A DNA stretch of 64,000 nucleotides from Actinomycetota bacterium (GTDB lineage Bacteria > Actinomycetota > Thermoleophilia > Solirubrobacterales > Solirubrobacteraceae): assembly GCA_005885515.1 (NCBI GenBank), contig VAWK01000022.1, forward strand, positions 27,562-91,561, read 5' to 3'. Position numbers and translations under genes: made by a program. How positions within the stretch are numbered: the first letter of the stretch is position 1; every line of letters starts with the position of its first letter. The notes under the pieces are model-generated. The model did no database searches. It was not told the DNA's origin and saw nothing but the letters and a program-made list of their open reading frames with translations. Positions 10,219 through 22,391 of the stretch are shown here, in pieces.

Positions 10219-11442
10219 CTAGTAGCGCAGTACGCGGCCCTTCATTGCTTGTGAGGCGCGCGCCTGGACATAGATCGATTGCAGCAGGCCAATCGCCAGC
10301 ATGGTCGTGATGACCGACGAGCCGCCATAGCTCATGAGCGGAAGCGTCACGCCGGTGATCGGCATGATCCCGATGGTCATTCCCACGTTGACGAATACCT
10401 GGAACATGAGCATAGCCGCTGCGCCCGCCGCCACCAGCGAGCCGAACAGATCCTTGGCGTAGACGATCATGCGCAGCGCTCGCGATATCAGCAGCGCATA
10501 CAGCGCCAGCACCAGCGCGGCGCCGACGAAGCCGTACTGCTCGCCGACCGCCGCGAAGATGAAGTCGGTGTGGCTCTCGGGCACGAAACCGTTGGGGATC
10601 TGGCTGGAGTTGCCCCCGCGCCCGGTCTTCTGCCCGGAGCCGATCGCGATCTTCGCCTCCTGCTGCTGGTAGCCCTGCTTCTGCGGGTCCGAGGAGGGGT
10701 GCAAGAACGCCGTCAGCCGTTCTTCCTGGTAGGGCTTGATCACGTGCACGCCGGCCACCGGCGCGGCCAGCAGGACGAACGTCAGCGCCAGCACGATCAG
10801 CGCCACCAGCGCCGTGAGCTGACGCCAGGAGGTGCCCGCGATGTACAGCACGGCAAACGCGATCACCATGTACACGAGGCCCGAGCCGAGGTCCGGCTGG
10901 GCGATCACGAGCATCGCCGGCACGAGCGCCCCGAGCATCACGTGCACGGTGCGCTCGCGCGCGCGCAGCCGCCGCCCGCGATCGACCACGTAGGCCGCCA
11001 GCGCCAGCGCCAGCAGCACCTTGCCGAGCTCGGAAGCCTGGAACGAGAAGAACGGCAGGCTGATCGACCGCTGGGCGCCGTTGGCCGAGTGGCCGAGCGC
11101 GAACACCGCCAGGATGCCGAGGATCAGCAACGCGTAGATGCCGTACTTGAGATGGCGCAGGCGCCCGTAGTTCACGCGCGAGAGCACGATCATGCAGGCC
11201 GCGCCCACGCCCAGATACAGCGCCTGCCGGTCGACGTAGTAGTGCGGCTGGCGCGGGATCAGATGGCGCGTGGCAGCGTTGAGCGTCACCAGCGAGCAGA
11301 TCGCGAGGCCGATCACCGCGATCGTGAGCAGCGGATCCAGCGGCAGGCGCAGCAGCAGCGGCCCGGCGCGCTCCTCGAGGCGTTCCGGGGGGTGGATCGC
11401 GGCCGACGGGCCGATCGGTCTGCTGACGGTTGAGGGGCTCAT
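10219..11442 (-). CDS. rodA: SEDS-family peptidoglycan polymerase RodA
   Basis: A 407-aa polytopic ORF with SEDS motifs (FQASELGK, PESHTDFIFA, GVTLPLMSYGGSS), adjacent to mrdA and mreBCD. Confidence 0.85.
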   Translation of the reverse strand: MSPSTVSRPIGPSAAIHPPERLEERAGPLLLRLPLDPLLTIAVIGLAICSLVTLNAATRHLIPRQPHYYVDRQALYLGVGAACMIVLSRVNYGRLRHLKYGIYALLILGILAVFALGHSANGAQRSISLPFFSFQASELGKVLLALALAAYVVDRGRRLRARERTVHVMLGALVPAMLVIAQPDLGSGLVYMVIAFAVLYIAGTSWRQLTALVALIVLALTFVLLAAPVAGVHVIKPYQEERLTAFLHPSSDPQKQGYQQQEAKIAIGSGQKTGRGGNSSQIPNGFVPESHTDFIFAAVGEQYGFVGAALVLALYALLISRALRMIVYAKDLFGSLVAAGAAAMLMFQVFVNVGMTIGIMPITGVTLPLMSYGGSSVITTMLAIGLLQSIYVQARASQAMKGRVLRY

Positions 11443-11478
11443 GCGCTCGTGGAGGGGGTCACGTTCTCGGGGCGGCGC

Positions 11479-13341
11479 TCAAAACGTCTTCGAGGTGCCT
11501 GAGATGAACCGCTTGGGCTTGCCGAACCACTGCGAGGCGATCAGGCGCGCGATCGGCGCGGCCGTTTCGGCGCCGAAGCCGCCCTGCTCGACCGTCACCG
11601 CGATCACGATCGGCCGGCTGGGGTCGGCCACGTAGCACATGTACCAGGACTGGTCTTCCTTGCCAACGTGTTCGGCCGTGCCGGTCTTCCCATACACCGG
11701 ATGCTGTTCCTGGTTCCAGCCGGCCCACACGTCGGCCGAGGTGCCGCCCGCCTGGCTGGCGGCCTCGTGGATGCCTTCCATCACCAGGCTGACGTCGGAG
11801 TCGTTCAGGTGCACGTGGCGCAGCGGCGAGAAGCTGAGCGCCTGCACGAGCCGGCCCTGCGAGTCGTCGACCTCCCTGCCCAGGTGTGGGCGCACGACCG
11901 TGCCTTCGCCGCCGTTGCGGAAGGCGTCGGCCAGCGTCGAGTAGGCGACCGCCATCTGCAGCGGCGAGGTCAGCAGATCGCCCTGGCCGACGGCCAGGTG
12001 CATGTTGTCGCCCACGCTCCACGGCCGCCCATCGGAGATGCCGCAGCTGCTCCTGTGCCGCCGGCGCTCGCACGCGAGCTCTTCGGAGGCCACCTTGGCG
12101 CGCCAGGCGGGCGTGGGCACCAAGCCCGTGATCTCGCTGGGCAGGTCGATCCCCGTCTGCTCGCCGACGCCGAGCTGCTTTGCCTTCTGCTGGATCACCG
12201 TCCCGTGGCTGTTGGCCAGCTCGCCCGTTTCGAAGAAGTAGGTGTCCGAGGACACCTTCAGCGCTTCCACCAGCGCCACCGGCCCGTAGTCGGCCTTGCC
12301 CGCGTTGCAGAACGCCTGCGTGGAGACGTAGATGCACTGCCCGCCGCCCAGGCCCATCGAGGGGTCGATCACGCCGGCTTCCAGCGCGCCCATGGCCGTG
12401 ATCGGCTTGAACGTCGAGCCGGTCGGATAGGTGCCGTTGACGGCCCTGTCGGTGAGCGGCGCGGGCGATTCTTCGCTCGATCCCGCCACGTGGGCTTTGC
12501 CCTCGAGCGCCGCGTATTCGCTTTCGGTCAGCGGTTTGGCGAACTTGTTCGGGTCAAAGCTCGGCGAGGACCCGATCGCCAGCACTTCGCCGTTGCGCGG
12601 GTCCAGCGCCACGAACGCGCCGGCCACGGCCGGTTTGCCGCCCCCGCGAGCGTGTTCCATGCCTTCCAGCAGCGCCTTTTCGCCCTCCCGCTCGAGCGCG
12701 AAGTCGAGCGTCACCTTGAGGCTGTGGCCGGCGAGCGGCTGCGTGGAGGGCAGGCTGCTCGGGACCGGGTAGCCGGCCGCGTTGACCTCCACCCGCTGCG
12801 CCCCGGGAGTGCCGCGCAGGTAGCGGTCGTAGTAGTACTCGATCCCTTCCTGGCCCACCACCGTCCCCTGCTTGACGCCACGGAACGCGCGCAGCTTGAG
12901 CTCCGGCTTGGAGACCTGACCCACATAGCCGAGCACCTGCGCGGCCATCGGACCGTTGGGATAGTCGCGGATGGACACCGGCTGCTGGGTGACGCCCGGA
13001 AATTCGCCCTGGCGCTCGGCGAGCACGGTCAGCACGCCCTGGCCGGCGTCGGTCTTGATCGCCACCGGGGCATACGGCAGGGCGGTGCGTCCCTTGACCA
13101 CCAGCGCCTCGATTCGCTGCGGGCTCATTCCCAGCAGGGCGCCCAGATGCCTGTACAGCGCGAGCCGCGGCGCCCCCGGCGGCGGCAGCGCCGAGGGCAC
13201 GATCTGCACCGAGTTGGTCGTGCGGCTCGCGACGATCGGCTGCCCTTCGCGGTCGAGGATCTGGCCCCGCGGCGCCGCGATCGGCAAATCCCGCGCGCGG
13301 TTCGCGTTGGCCTTCTGCACGTACTGTTCGCCGGACAGCAC
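11479..13341 (-). CDS. mrdA: Penicillin-binding protein 2 (elongation transpeptidase), main body; the N-terminal anchor is in another frame
   Basis: Dimerisation domain (RGQILDREG) and transpeptidase motifs STFKP (SxxK) and KTGTA. The track ORF starts at a GTG directly after the expected TM helix. Confidence 0.85.
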   Translation of the reverse strand: MLSGEQYVQKANANRARDLPIAAPRGQILDREGQPIVASRTTNSVQIVPSALPPPGAPRLALYRHLGALLGMSPQRIEALVVKGRTALPYAPVAIKTDAGQGVLTVLAERQGEFPGVTQQPVSIRDYPNGPMAAQVLGYVGQVSKPELKLRAFRGVKQGTVVGQEGIEYYYDRYLRGTPGAQRVEVNAAGYPVPSSLPSTQPLAGHSLKVTLDFALEREGEKALLEGMEHARGGGKPAVAGAFVALDPRNGEVLAIGSSPSFDPNKFAKPLTESEYAALEGKAHVAGSSEESPAPLTDRAVNGTYPTGSTFKPITAMGALEAGVIDPSMGLGGGQCIYVSTQAFCNAGKADYGPVALVEALKVSSDTYFFETGELANSHGTVIQQKAKQLGVGEQTGIDLPSEITGLVPTPAWRAKVASEELACERRRHRSSCGISDGRPWSVGDNMHLAVGQGDLLTSPLQMAVAYSTLADAFRNGGEGTVVRPHLGREVDDSQGRLVQALSFSPLRHVHLNDSDVSLVMEGIHEAASQAGGTSADVWAGWNQEQHPVYGKTGTAEHVGKEDQSWYMCYVADPSRPIVIAVTVEQGGFGAETAAPIARLIASQWFGKPKRFISGTSKTF

Positions 13342-13350
13342 CTGCAGGTA

Positions 13351-13450
13351 CCACCATCGCCAGCCCGCCCAGCACCGCCACCCGCAGCGCCAGCTGCGGC
13401 GAGACGGGCACGCGCGGCTCGCTCGGGTGGACCGGCTCGAGCGTGGTCAT
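13351..13450 (-). other. mrdA: Displaced 5' segment of mrdA (cytoplasmic tail plus TM anchor) in a different frame
   Basis: ATG at 13450 gives MTTLEPVHPSEPRVPVSPQLALRVAVLGGLAMVV. This abuts YLQVLSGEQY of the main ORF after a 1-nt shift. Confidence 0.5.
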
Positions 13451-13562
13451 GCCCGTGCCTCCGCGCGTCGCGCGCGGCCGCCGCGGCCGGCGCCAGCGCG
13501 CGCGCCGAAGCAGAAGCCGGCGTGCGCGCACACGCCGCGCTGGGGTCTGGCGCGGATCGCCG

Positions 13563-14186
13563 TCATGCGCGCGTCAGAGGGCTCAGGCCGCCCGTCGTGT
13601 AGGCGCGGCGGCGGCGGCGGCGCGGATCCTCCGGCAGGCCGCCTTCGAGGCTGCGCCGCACCACCGCCCACGTCGGCAGCGCGGCCACCGCGCCTGCGAT
13701 CACCCCCAGCACGATCTGGCGCAGCAGCTCCAGGCTGACCGGCGCCTCCACGCCGAGCAGGAACTCGACCAGCGAGTAGCCCACCATCGAGGCACCGGTA
13801 GCGGCCGCGCCCACCAGCAGCGGTATGAGCGCCGCCTGGGGATCGCGCAGCTCGCGTAGGCGCCCCGACCAGTACCCGATCAGCGTGAAGATCAGCGACG
13901 TCACGCCCAGCGTCTGCACCAGCGCGAGGTCGACCAACAGGCCCACGGCAAAGCCCGTGATCGCGCCCAGCATCGAGCCGCACAGCAGGCCCACGAAAGC
14001 GACCAGCAGCGGCGACAGGTCGACGGTCACGCCCAGCACCGACAGCTCCGAGACCACGCCCGTCTGGAAGAACACGACGATCACCGCCAGCAGCGCGATG
14101 CGCGCGACGATCCCCGGCGAGAAGCTCGGACCAAACAGCCCGTGCGCCTTGGCGCGGCTGGCGGCTGTGTGCTCCCACGCGCTCAT
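13563..14186 (-). CDS. mreD: Rod shape-determining protein MreD
   Basis: A 207-aa polytopic membrane ORF. Its start overlaps the mreC stop, and its position between mreC and mrdA fits MreD. Confidence 0.75.
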   Translation of the reverse strand: MSAWEHTAASRAKAHGLFGPSFSPGIVARIALLAVIVVFFQTGVVSELSVLGVTVDLSPLLVAFVGLLCGSMLGAITGFAVGLLVDLALVQTLGVTSLIFTLIGYWSGRLRELRDPQAALIPLLVGAAATGASMVGYSLVEFLLGVEAPVSLELLRQIVLGVIAGAVAALPTWAVVRRSLEGGLPEDPRRRRRRAYTTGGLSPLTRA

Positions 14187-15139
14187 TTGCCCGTCGTGGC
14201 GGAGGCGAGCGCGCCCGTGCCGGCGGTCCCCGGCGCAGCGGTCTGGCCCGCCGGCAGGTTCGCGGCCAGCCCGCTGACCTTCGCCGGCGTGCTGCCCCGA
14301 ACCGAGGTCAGGACCTGGACCACGTCGAGGTTGTGCAGGTCGGCCAGCGGATGCACGTTGACCGAGCGGTAGGCGCTTTCTTCGTTCACCGAGGTCACCT
14401 GCCCGATCGGGATCCCGGGCGGGTACAGCGAGTCGTCGGGGCTCGACACCGTGCCCGAGGTGACCACGTAGTCGCCGCGGTTGGCCTGCGTGTTCGCGGG
14501 CAGGTACTGCAGCAGCAGGTCGTTGGGTGCGCCCACCTTGGGCTGCACGATGCCGGTCGCCGGCGTCGAGCCGAGCCGGGCCGAGACGCCCATCGTGGAG
14601 TCGGTTATGAGGCTCACCTGGGCGCCGTCGGAGGCCACCTGCGTGACCTTTCCGACCAGGCCTTCGCCGTTGATCACGGGGTCGTTGATGTGCACGCCGG
14701 CAGCTTCGCCTTTGTCGATCGTGACCGTCGAATACCAGATGTTGGGCGACTTGGCCACGACCGTCGCGGTGACCGGGTGGTAGTCGCTCACGCTGAGGCG
14801 ATTGTCCAGGCGGTACAGCGCCAGCAGTTCGCGGTAGGCGCTCCGTTCGGTCTGCTCGGCGATCACTTCGCGGCGCAGTTTGTCGACCTGCCTGACGAGC
14901 TGCTTGCGCTCGCTTTTGGCGTCCACCGTGTCGCCGATCCAGCCGAACGCGTCGCGCACGGGCTTCAGCGCCTTGTTGGCGCCGTCCTGGATCGGCGAGA
15001 GCACCGTCAGGAAGGCGCGCTGCACCGAGTGCAGCTGGCCACCCGCGGCCTCGCCGAAGTATGCGGTCAGGAGTATGAGGGAGAGCACAACGAGCAGCAG
15101 GAGTACCGCCCGCCGGCGCCGGACCGTCTTGTCATACAC
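14183..15139 (-). CDS. mreC: Rod shape-determining protein MreC
   Basis: N-terminal TM, coiled coil and beta-barrel region (INDPVINGEGLVGKV, VVTSG). Confidence 0.85.
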   Translation of the reverse strand: MYDKTVRRRRAVLLLLVVLSLILLTAYFGEAAGGQLHSVQRAFLTVLSPIQDGANKALKPVRDAFGWIGDTVDAKSERKQLVRQVDKLRREVIAEQTERSAYRELLALYRLDNRLSVSDYHPVTATVVAKSPNIWYSTVTIDKGEAAGVHINDPVINGEGLVGKVTQVASDGAQVSLITDSTMGVSARLGSTPATGIVQPKVGAPNDLLLQYLPANTQANRGDYVVTSGTVSSPDDSLYPPGIPIGQVTSVNEESAYRSVNVHPLADLHNLDVVQVLTSVRGSTPAKVSGLAANLPAGQTAAPGTAGTGALASATTGK

Positions 15140-15205
15140 GAATGGAGACCTTCCGAAGCGTTCAACGGCAAAGAGTACCCTCGGCCCGGCGGACCCGTCA
15201 CAGGC

Positions 15206-16444
<1,239 letters not shown>

Positions 16445-17056
16445 TCAACGGGCGCCGGAAGGCGCCCTCATCATCTGTCCTGGCAGCTCCGGGTAGATGT
16501 CCAGCAGGGTCGCCAGCGGCAGGCCGACGACGTTCTCATACTCGCCCCGCACGCCCCGCACGAGCGCCGCCCCGGCCCCCTGGATCGCGTAGCCGCCCGC
16601 GCGTCCGCGCCACTCGGACGTGGCCAGGTACCAGTCCAGCAGGCCGTCGTCCAGCGCGCGGAACGTGACCGCGGTGCGCGCCACCGCGCTGCGCTCCTCG
16701 CCCGCCACCAGCACCACCACCCCGCTCAGCACCTCGTGGGTGGCGCCGCTCAGCGCCTGAAGCGTCGCCCGCGCGGCGCGCTCGTGCGCGGGCTTGCCGT
16801 AGATCACCCCGTGCAGGCACACGATCGTGTCGCACCCGATCACCGCCTCCGCGGCGCCCGCCCTGCTGGCCGCCCGCGCCTTGCGCAGGGCGTTCTGCGC
16901 CGCCAGCCGCGCCGGGTCGCCCCGCGTCAGCTCGCCCACGCGCGCCGGGCGCACGCTGAATGGCACCCCCAGGCGCTCCAGGATCGCACACCGCTGCGGC
17001 GACGCCGACGCCAGCACCAGCTGGGGGGGCTCGGGCGGCGCGCGCCTAGCGGCCAA
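16445..17056 (-). CDS. maf: Maf-like nucleoside triphosphate pyrophosphatase
   Basis: Motifs [15 protein letters not shown] and GGYAIQG. Confidence 0.85.
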   Translation of the reverse strand: MAARRAPPEPPQLVLASASPQRCAILERLGVPFSVRPARVGELTRGDPARLAAQNALRKARAASRAGAAEAVIGCDTIVCLHGVIYGKPAHERAARATLQALSGATHEVLSGVVVLVAGEERSAVARTAVTFRALDDGLLDWYLATSEWRGRAGGYAIQGAGAALVRGVRGEYENVVGLPLATLLDIYPELPGQMMRAPSGAR

Positions 17057-17456
17057 GCTCGGGGAAGAACAGCGCCGACTCGCGCGCCGCGGACTCTGGC
17101 GAGTCGGAGCCGTGGACCATGTTCTGACCGACCTGGAGCGCGAAATCGCCGCGGATGGAGCCGCTCCCGGCCTGCAGCGGATCGGTCGCGCCGATCACCT
17201 GGCGCGCCGCGCTGACCGCGTGCTCGCCCTCGAGCACCAGCGCCACGATCGGACCCGAGGTGATGAACTGCACGAGCTCGCCGAAGAACGGCCGCTCGGC
17301 GTGCTCGGCGTAGTGGCGCTCGGCCAGCTCCTGCTCCACGGTCATGTGGCGCAGCGCGACGATCTTCAGCCCCTTGCGCTCGAAGCGCGCGATTATCTCC
17401 CCGGTGAGCCCGCGCGCGAACGCGTCCGGCTTGACGAGGATCAGCGTTCGCTCCAT
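17046..17456 (-). CDS. ndk: Nucleoside diphosphate kinase
   Basis: Starts [13 protein letters not shown] and has active-site NMVHGSDS. Confidence 0.95.
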   Translation of the reverse strand: MERTLILVKPDAFARGLTGEIIARFERKGLKIVALRHMTVEQELAERHYAEHAERPFFGELVQFITSGPIVALVLEGEHAVSAARQVIGATDPLQAGSGSIRGDFALQVGQNMVHGSDSPESAARESALFFPELGR

Positions 17457-17477
17457 GCGCCCCGGAGCCGGATCGCC

Positions 17478-18194
17478 TCAGGACCCCGGCGCCGGCGGGC
17501 GCCCGGAGCGGCCGGCGCGCCCCGCGCGCGGATTGCGCGCTGCCTCCGAAGCGGCCACGGGAGCGCGCTTGACATCCTCATCGGGGCCGCGGCTCGCCCG
17601 CGGCGCGCTCCCGGCGGCGCCGCCGCCGATCTCGGTGAGCTCGCGCTCGCCCGCCCCCGCGGTCCCCCCGGCGGGGCGGATCTCGGCCCGCGCGCCCTCG
17701 CCCGGGGGCACCGCGCGCCGGCGCGTGGCGCGCCGCGCGCCGGCGGCCGCGGGAACCTCGGTCTCGCAGTACGGGCAGATCGCCCACGCGCGATCGAGCG
17801 GTCGCGAGCAGCTGACGCAGCGCTCCTTTAGCTTGCGCAGGCAGCTCGGACAGCGCACGAAATCGGGCTCGATGCGGTAGTCGCAGTGCGGACAGGTGCG
17901 CTCCTGCGCCTCCTGCACGCGCGCCTCCGCCGCCTGCGTCTCGAGCTCGCGCTCGCGCACGTCCTCCAGGTACTCGGGCGGGCGCAGCACCATGTACACG
18001 ATCGTGCCCACGAACGGGAACAGCGACGCCGCCGTGGCGCAGCCGATCAGCATCGGATCCTCGATCCTGCGGCGCGCGTCGGCGTAGGTCCAGTAGATCA
18101 GCGCCAGGTACAGGACCACCACGAACAGGATCAGCAGGTCGATGACCAGGTTCAGGCCACTGCTTTCGATCCCGAAATACGCCGGAGGCGGCAT
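17478..18194 (-). CDS. Membrane protein with PLD-nuclease-N-like two-TM domain plus double zinc ribbon
   Basis: Two TM helices (LILFVVVLYLALIYWTYADARRR ... FPFVGTIVYMVLRP), then CPHCxnCPSC and CVSCxnCPYC pairs and a low-complexity tail. Confidence 0.6.
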   Translation of the reverse strand: MPPPAYFGIESSGLNLVIDLLILFVVVLYLALIYWTYADARRRIEDPMLIGCATAASLFPFVGTIVYMVLRPPEYLEDVRERELETQAAEARVQEAQERTCPHCDYRIEPDFVRCPSCLRKLKERCVSCSRPLDRAWAICPYCETEVPAAAGARRATRRRAVPPGEGARAEIRPAGGTAGAGERELTEIGGGAAGSAPRASRGPDEDVKRAPVAASEAARNPRAGRAGRSGRPPAPGS

Positions 18195-18207
18195 GGGCGG
18201 GCCGAGT

Positions 18208-18324
18208 TTAGAGAAACAACCGACCGAAACCGTAACCGGCGGCGAAGAACACGAGGATCACCATCGCCACGATCAGCGCCACGGCGCCGATCATCGCCAG
18301 TACGGGCGGGCCGCCGTCGTTCAT
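18208..18324 (-). CDS. 38-aa single-TM peptide, translationally coupled to folC
   Basis: Not in the ORF track. ATG at 18324 overlaps the folC TGA (ATGA). It encodes MNDGGPPVLAMIGAVALIVAMVILVFFAAGYGFGRLFL, with mostly G/C third positions. Confidence 0.4.
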   Translation of the reverse strand: MNDGGPPVLAMIGAVALIVAMVILVFFAAGYGFGRLFL

Positions 18325-19712
18325 CTCGCGTCGCCCCCGCGGCGCTCGCGCGCGGCCGCAGCTTCACCGAGCAGGTCGAGCCGGCGCAGCAGCTCGCCCG
18401 CCAGGTACACCGAGCCAGTGGCGAGCACCGCGCCGCCGTGCGCGCGCGCCCACCGCTGCGCCTCCTGCAGCGCCCGCAGGGGCTCCGTCTCGCACGCCGT
18501 GTGCGCGAAGGCCAGCTGGCGCGCGCGCGACTGCAGCGCCGCGGGCGACAGCGCACGCGCGCTTGGCGGCGCGGTGAACCACGCGCGCTCGCTCACGCCC
18601 AGCAGCAGCTCGAGCATCGAGGCCGCGTCCTTGTCCTCCAGCACGCCCATCACCAGCGCCAGCGGCCGCGCGCCGACGATGCCCGGAAGCGAGGACACCA
18701 GCGCGCGCACCGCGTGCGGGTTGTGCGCGCCGTCGAGCACCGTCGGGGGATCCTCGCTCACCAGCTGCAGCCGCCCCGGCACGAGCGTGGCCGCCGCCGC
18801 CTGGTCCACCAACCGCTCGCGCAGCTCGATGCCCGCGCCGTTCAGGTACACCTTCGCGGCCAGGCGCCCGAGCGCCAAGTTCTGGCGCTGGAAGTCCCCC
18901 GCCGCGCGCAGCCGCGGCAGCGCCGGCGATGACCGGTCGGCCTGCAGCGTGCTGGCACCGCGCTCGCCCACGACCCGGGCAGCGACCGCCTGTGCCGCCG
19001 GGTCGAGATCCGCTCCCAGGACGAGCGTCATGCCCTGCCTCAGCACCGCCAGCTTCTCCTCGGCGATGTCGCGGACGGTGGGGCCGAGCCAGCGGGTGTG
19101 CTCGAGCGCCACGTTGGTCAGCACCGTCACCCGCGACGGCAGCACGCTGGTCGCGTCATAGCGCCCGCCCAGCCCCGCCTCGATCACCGCGACCTGGACC
19201 TCGCGCCGCGCCATCTCCCAGAAGGCGGCCGCGGTGAGCAGTTCGAACTGGGTCACGTGGTCGTCCGCCGACAGCGTGCGGTTGACGCGTTCCGACGCCC
19301 ACGCTGCCCGTGCGATCGCGGCGGCGAAGGCCTCGCCGCCAACCTCGCGCTCGCTCACCTGGACCCGCTCGCGATAGCTGACCAGGTGCGGCGAGGTGTA
19401 GGTGCCGGTACGCAACCCATGTCGCTCGAGGATCGCCGCGGTCAGCCGAGCGGTCGACGTCTTGCCGTTCGTGCCGACGATGTGCAGCGAGTCAAAGCGC
19501 TGCTCGGGAGAGCCCAGCGCGGTCATCATCCGGCGCATCTTCTCCAGGCCGAAGCGCATGCCGAACAGCTCCAGCGAGCGCAGGTGCGCTTCGGCCTGAG
19601 CCTCGCTCCAGCGCGGCAGCCCGGGCGCGGCCGCCCCCGGCCGGGCTGCGCCCGCGCCGCGCCGCGAGCGGGCGGCGACCGGGTTCCTGCCACCTCGCTT
19701 GGAAGGGCCCAT
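18321..19712 (-). CDS. folC: Folylpolyglutamate synthase / dihydrofolate synthase
   Basis: Mur-ligase P-loop HIVGTNGKTST and typical FolC length. Confidence 0.9.
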   Translation of the reverse strand: MGPSKRGGRNPVAARSRRGAGAARPGAAAPGLPRWSEAQAEAHLRSLELFGMRFGLEKMRRMMTALGSPEQRFDSLHIVGTNGKTSTARLTAAILERHGLRTGTYTSPHLVSYRERVQVSEREVGGEAFAAAIARAAWASERVNRTLSADDHVTQFELLTAAAFWEMARREVQVAVIEAGLGGRYDATSVLPSRVTVLTNVALEHTRWLGPTVRDIAEEKLAVLRQGMTLVLGADLDPAAQAVAARVVGERGASTLQADRSSPALPRLRAAGDFQRQNLALGRLAAKVYLNGAGIELRERLVDQAAAATLVPGRLQLVSEDPPTVLDGAHNPHAVRALVSSLPGIVGARPLALVMGVLEDKDAASMLELLLGVSERAWFTAPPSARALSPAALQSRARQLAFAHTACETEPLRALQEAQRWARAHGGAVLATGSVYLAGELLRRLDLLGEAAAARERRGGDAR

Positions 19713-19732
19713 CGAACGCGCGCGCAGGCAGC

Positions 19733-20089
19733 CTACGCGTCGGGGTGCTTGCGCAGGTAGTCGAGGAACAGCGGCCGCAGCGCCTCCGCCAGCTGGCCGT
19801 CGCCGCTGCGCAGCACATCGAGGATCACGCCTTTGGCGTGCTGGACGTCATACGCGGCCTCGCCCTGATCGCCGCTGGCCGCCTCCGCGGCGGGGATCAT
19901 TTGCAGCAGCGACCAGAAGAACCTCACGTCCAGGTGCCGCTCCGCGCGGCGCACCGCGCGGTCGTGCAGCTCCCGCGTGGACAGCTGCTCGAGCGCATCG
20001 GCGCTGCCCTCGCGCCCGCCGGCGGCGTGCGCGTTCTCGGCCGGCACCTGCCCGCGCTCGCTCGCTGTTCGGTCGCGTTCGTCGGCCAT
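19733..20089 (-). CDS. Hypothetical protein (118 aa)
   Basis: The ORF has coding-like G/C third positions, but no family was recognised. Confidence 0.5.
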   Translation of the reverse strand: MADERDRTASERGQVPAENAHAAGGREGSADALEQLSTRELHDRAVRRAERHLDVRFFWSLLQMIPAAEAASGDQGEAAYDVQHAKGVILDVLRSGDGQLAEALRPLFLDYLRKHPDA

Positions 20090-20137
20090 CTCGACGCTCA
20101 GCGGCAGCCCGTCACGTCCCCACGCCGGCGGTCTCGA

Positions 20138-20368
20138 TCAACGCCGTTTGCGGCGACGCGCGCTGCCGCGCAGCAGCGGCACCAGCTCGCGCCCGGCGCC
20201 CTTCAGGTCCAGCTTGCGAACCAGCTTGCGCAGCTCGTTGCGGTCCTTGGCGCTGAGGCTTCCGGGCCGGCCGCGCGATTCGCGCACCAGCCGCGCCAGC
20301 CTGGCGCGCTCCTTGGCCGACAGCGCGGTCCAGCGTGCGCCCACGACCATCCCGGCGCGCGCGAGCAT
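20138..20368 (-). CDS. Hypothetical small basic protein (about 76 aa)
   Basis: An internal ATG at 20368 avoids overlap with clpX. The sequence is Arg/Lys-rich (SAKERARLARLVRESRG ... RKLVRKLDLKG). Support is weak. Confidence 0.3.
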   Translation of the reverse strand: MLARAGMVVGARWTALSAKERARLARLVRESRGRPGSLSAKDRNELRKLVRKLDLKGAGRELVPLLRGSARRRKRR

Positions 20369-20436
20369 CGCCCACGGCAACGCCTTCAGGCGCGACGCAG
20401 AGCGGATGGAGGAGCGCACAGGCGCGATGGTAGCGG

Positions 20437-21717
<1,281 letters not shown>

Positions 21718-21760
21718 ATCCCGTCCTCGCCCTGTCCGCTCGCCGCGCCCCAGCTCCGTC

Positions 21761-22345
21761 CTAGTGCTCGGAGATCACGCGGTCGATGATGCCGTATTCC
21801 TTGGCCTCCTCGGAGCTCATGAAGTAGTCGCGGTCGGTGTCCTTGCGCACCGCGTCCAGCTCGCGGTGCGTGTGCTTGGCGATGATCTCATCCAGGCGGC
21901 GGCGCACGTCGATGATCTCTTTGGCGTGGATCTCGATGTCCGTCGCCTGGCCTTCGAAGCTCGATGACACCTGATGGATGAGGATCTTGGCGTTGGGCAG
22001 CGCCATGCGCTTGCCCTCCGCGCCGCCGGCCAACAGCAGCGCGCCCATCGACATCGCGATGCCCACGCAGATTGTCTGCACGTCGGGCTTGACGAACTGG
22101 ATCGTGTCGTAGATCGCCAGCCCCGCGTACACCGAGCCGCCCGGCGAGTTGATGTACACCGAGATGTCCTTCTCGGGATCCTCCGACTCCAGGTGCAGCA
22201 GCTGGGCCACGATCAGGTTGGCGATCTGGTCGTCGACGGGGGTGCCCAGGAAGATGATCCGCTCGTTCAGCAGGCGGCTGTATATGTCGAACGCTCGCTC
22301 GCCGCGCGAGGTCTGCTCTACGACCATCGGAACAAGTGGGCTCAT
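21761..22345 (-). CDS. clpP: ATP-dependent Clp protease proteolytic subunit
   Basis: [26 protein letters not shown] and active-site [14 protein letters not shown]. An alternative GTG start lies at 22387. Confidence 0.95.
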   Translation of the reverse strand: MSPLVPMVVEQTSRGERAFDIYSRLLNERIIFLGTPVDDQIANLIVAQLLHLESEDPEKDISVYINSPGGSVYAGLAIYDTIQFVKPDVQTICVGIAMSMGALLLAGGAEGKRMALPNAKILIHQVSSSFEGQATDIEIHAKEIIDVRRRLDEIIAKHTHRELDAVRKDTDRDYFMSSEEAKEYGIIDRVISEH

Positions 22346-22391
22346 AGTCCTGGCATTGGTTTCGCTTCGCCGCGCCGATTCCTCCACAAGG

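Noticed and set aside
11668-13602. A 644-aa plus-strand ORF antisense to mrdA. Similar long ORFs occur at 22149-24092, 32900-34759, 33690-35411, 54156-55586, 55886-57625, 57021-58496 and 61312-62991.
   Set aside because: All lie opposite or out of frame to ORFs with strong family motifs, have Arg/Ala/Pro/Gly-biased composition, and lack start-site context. They were treated as non-coding.
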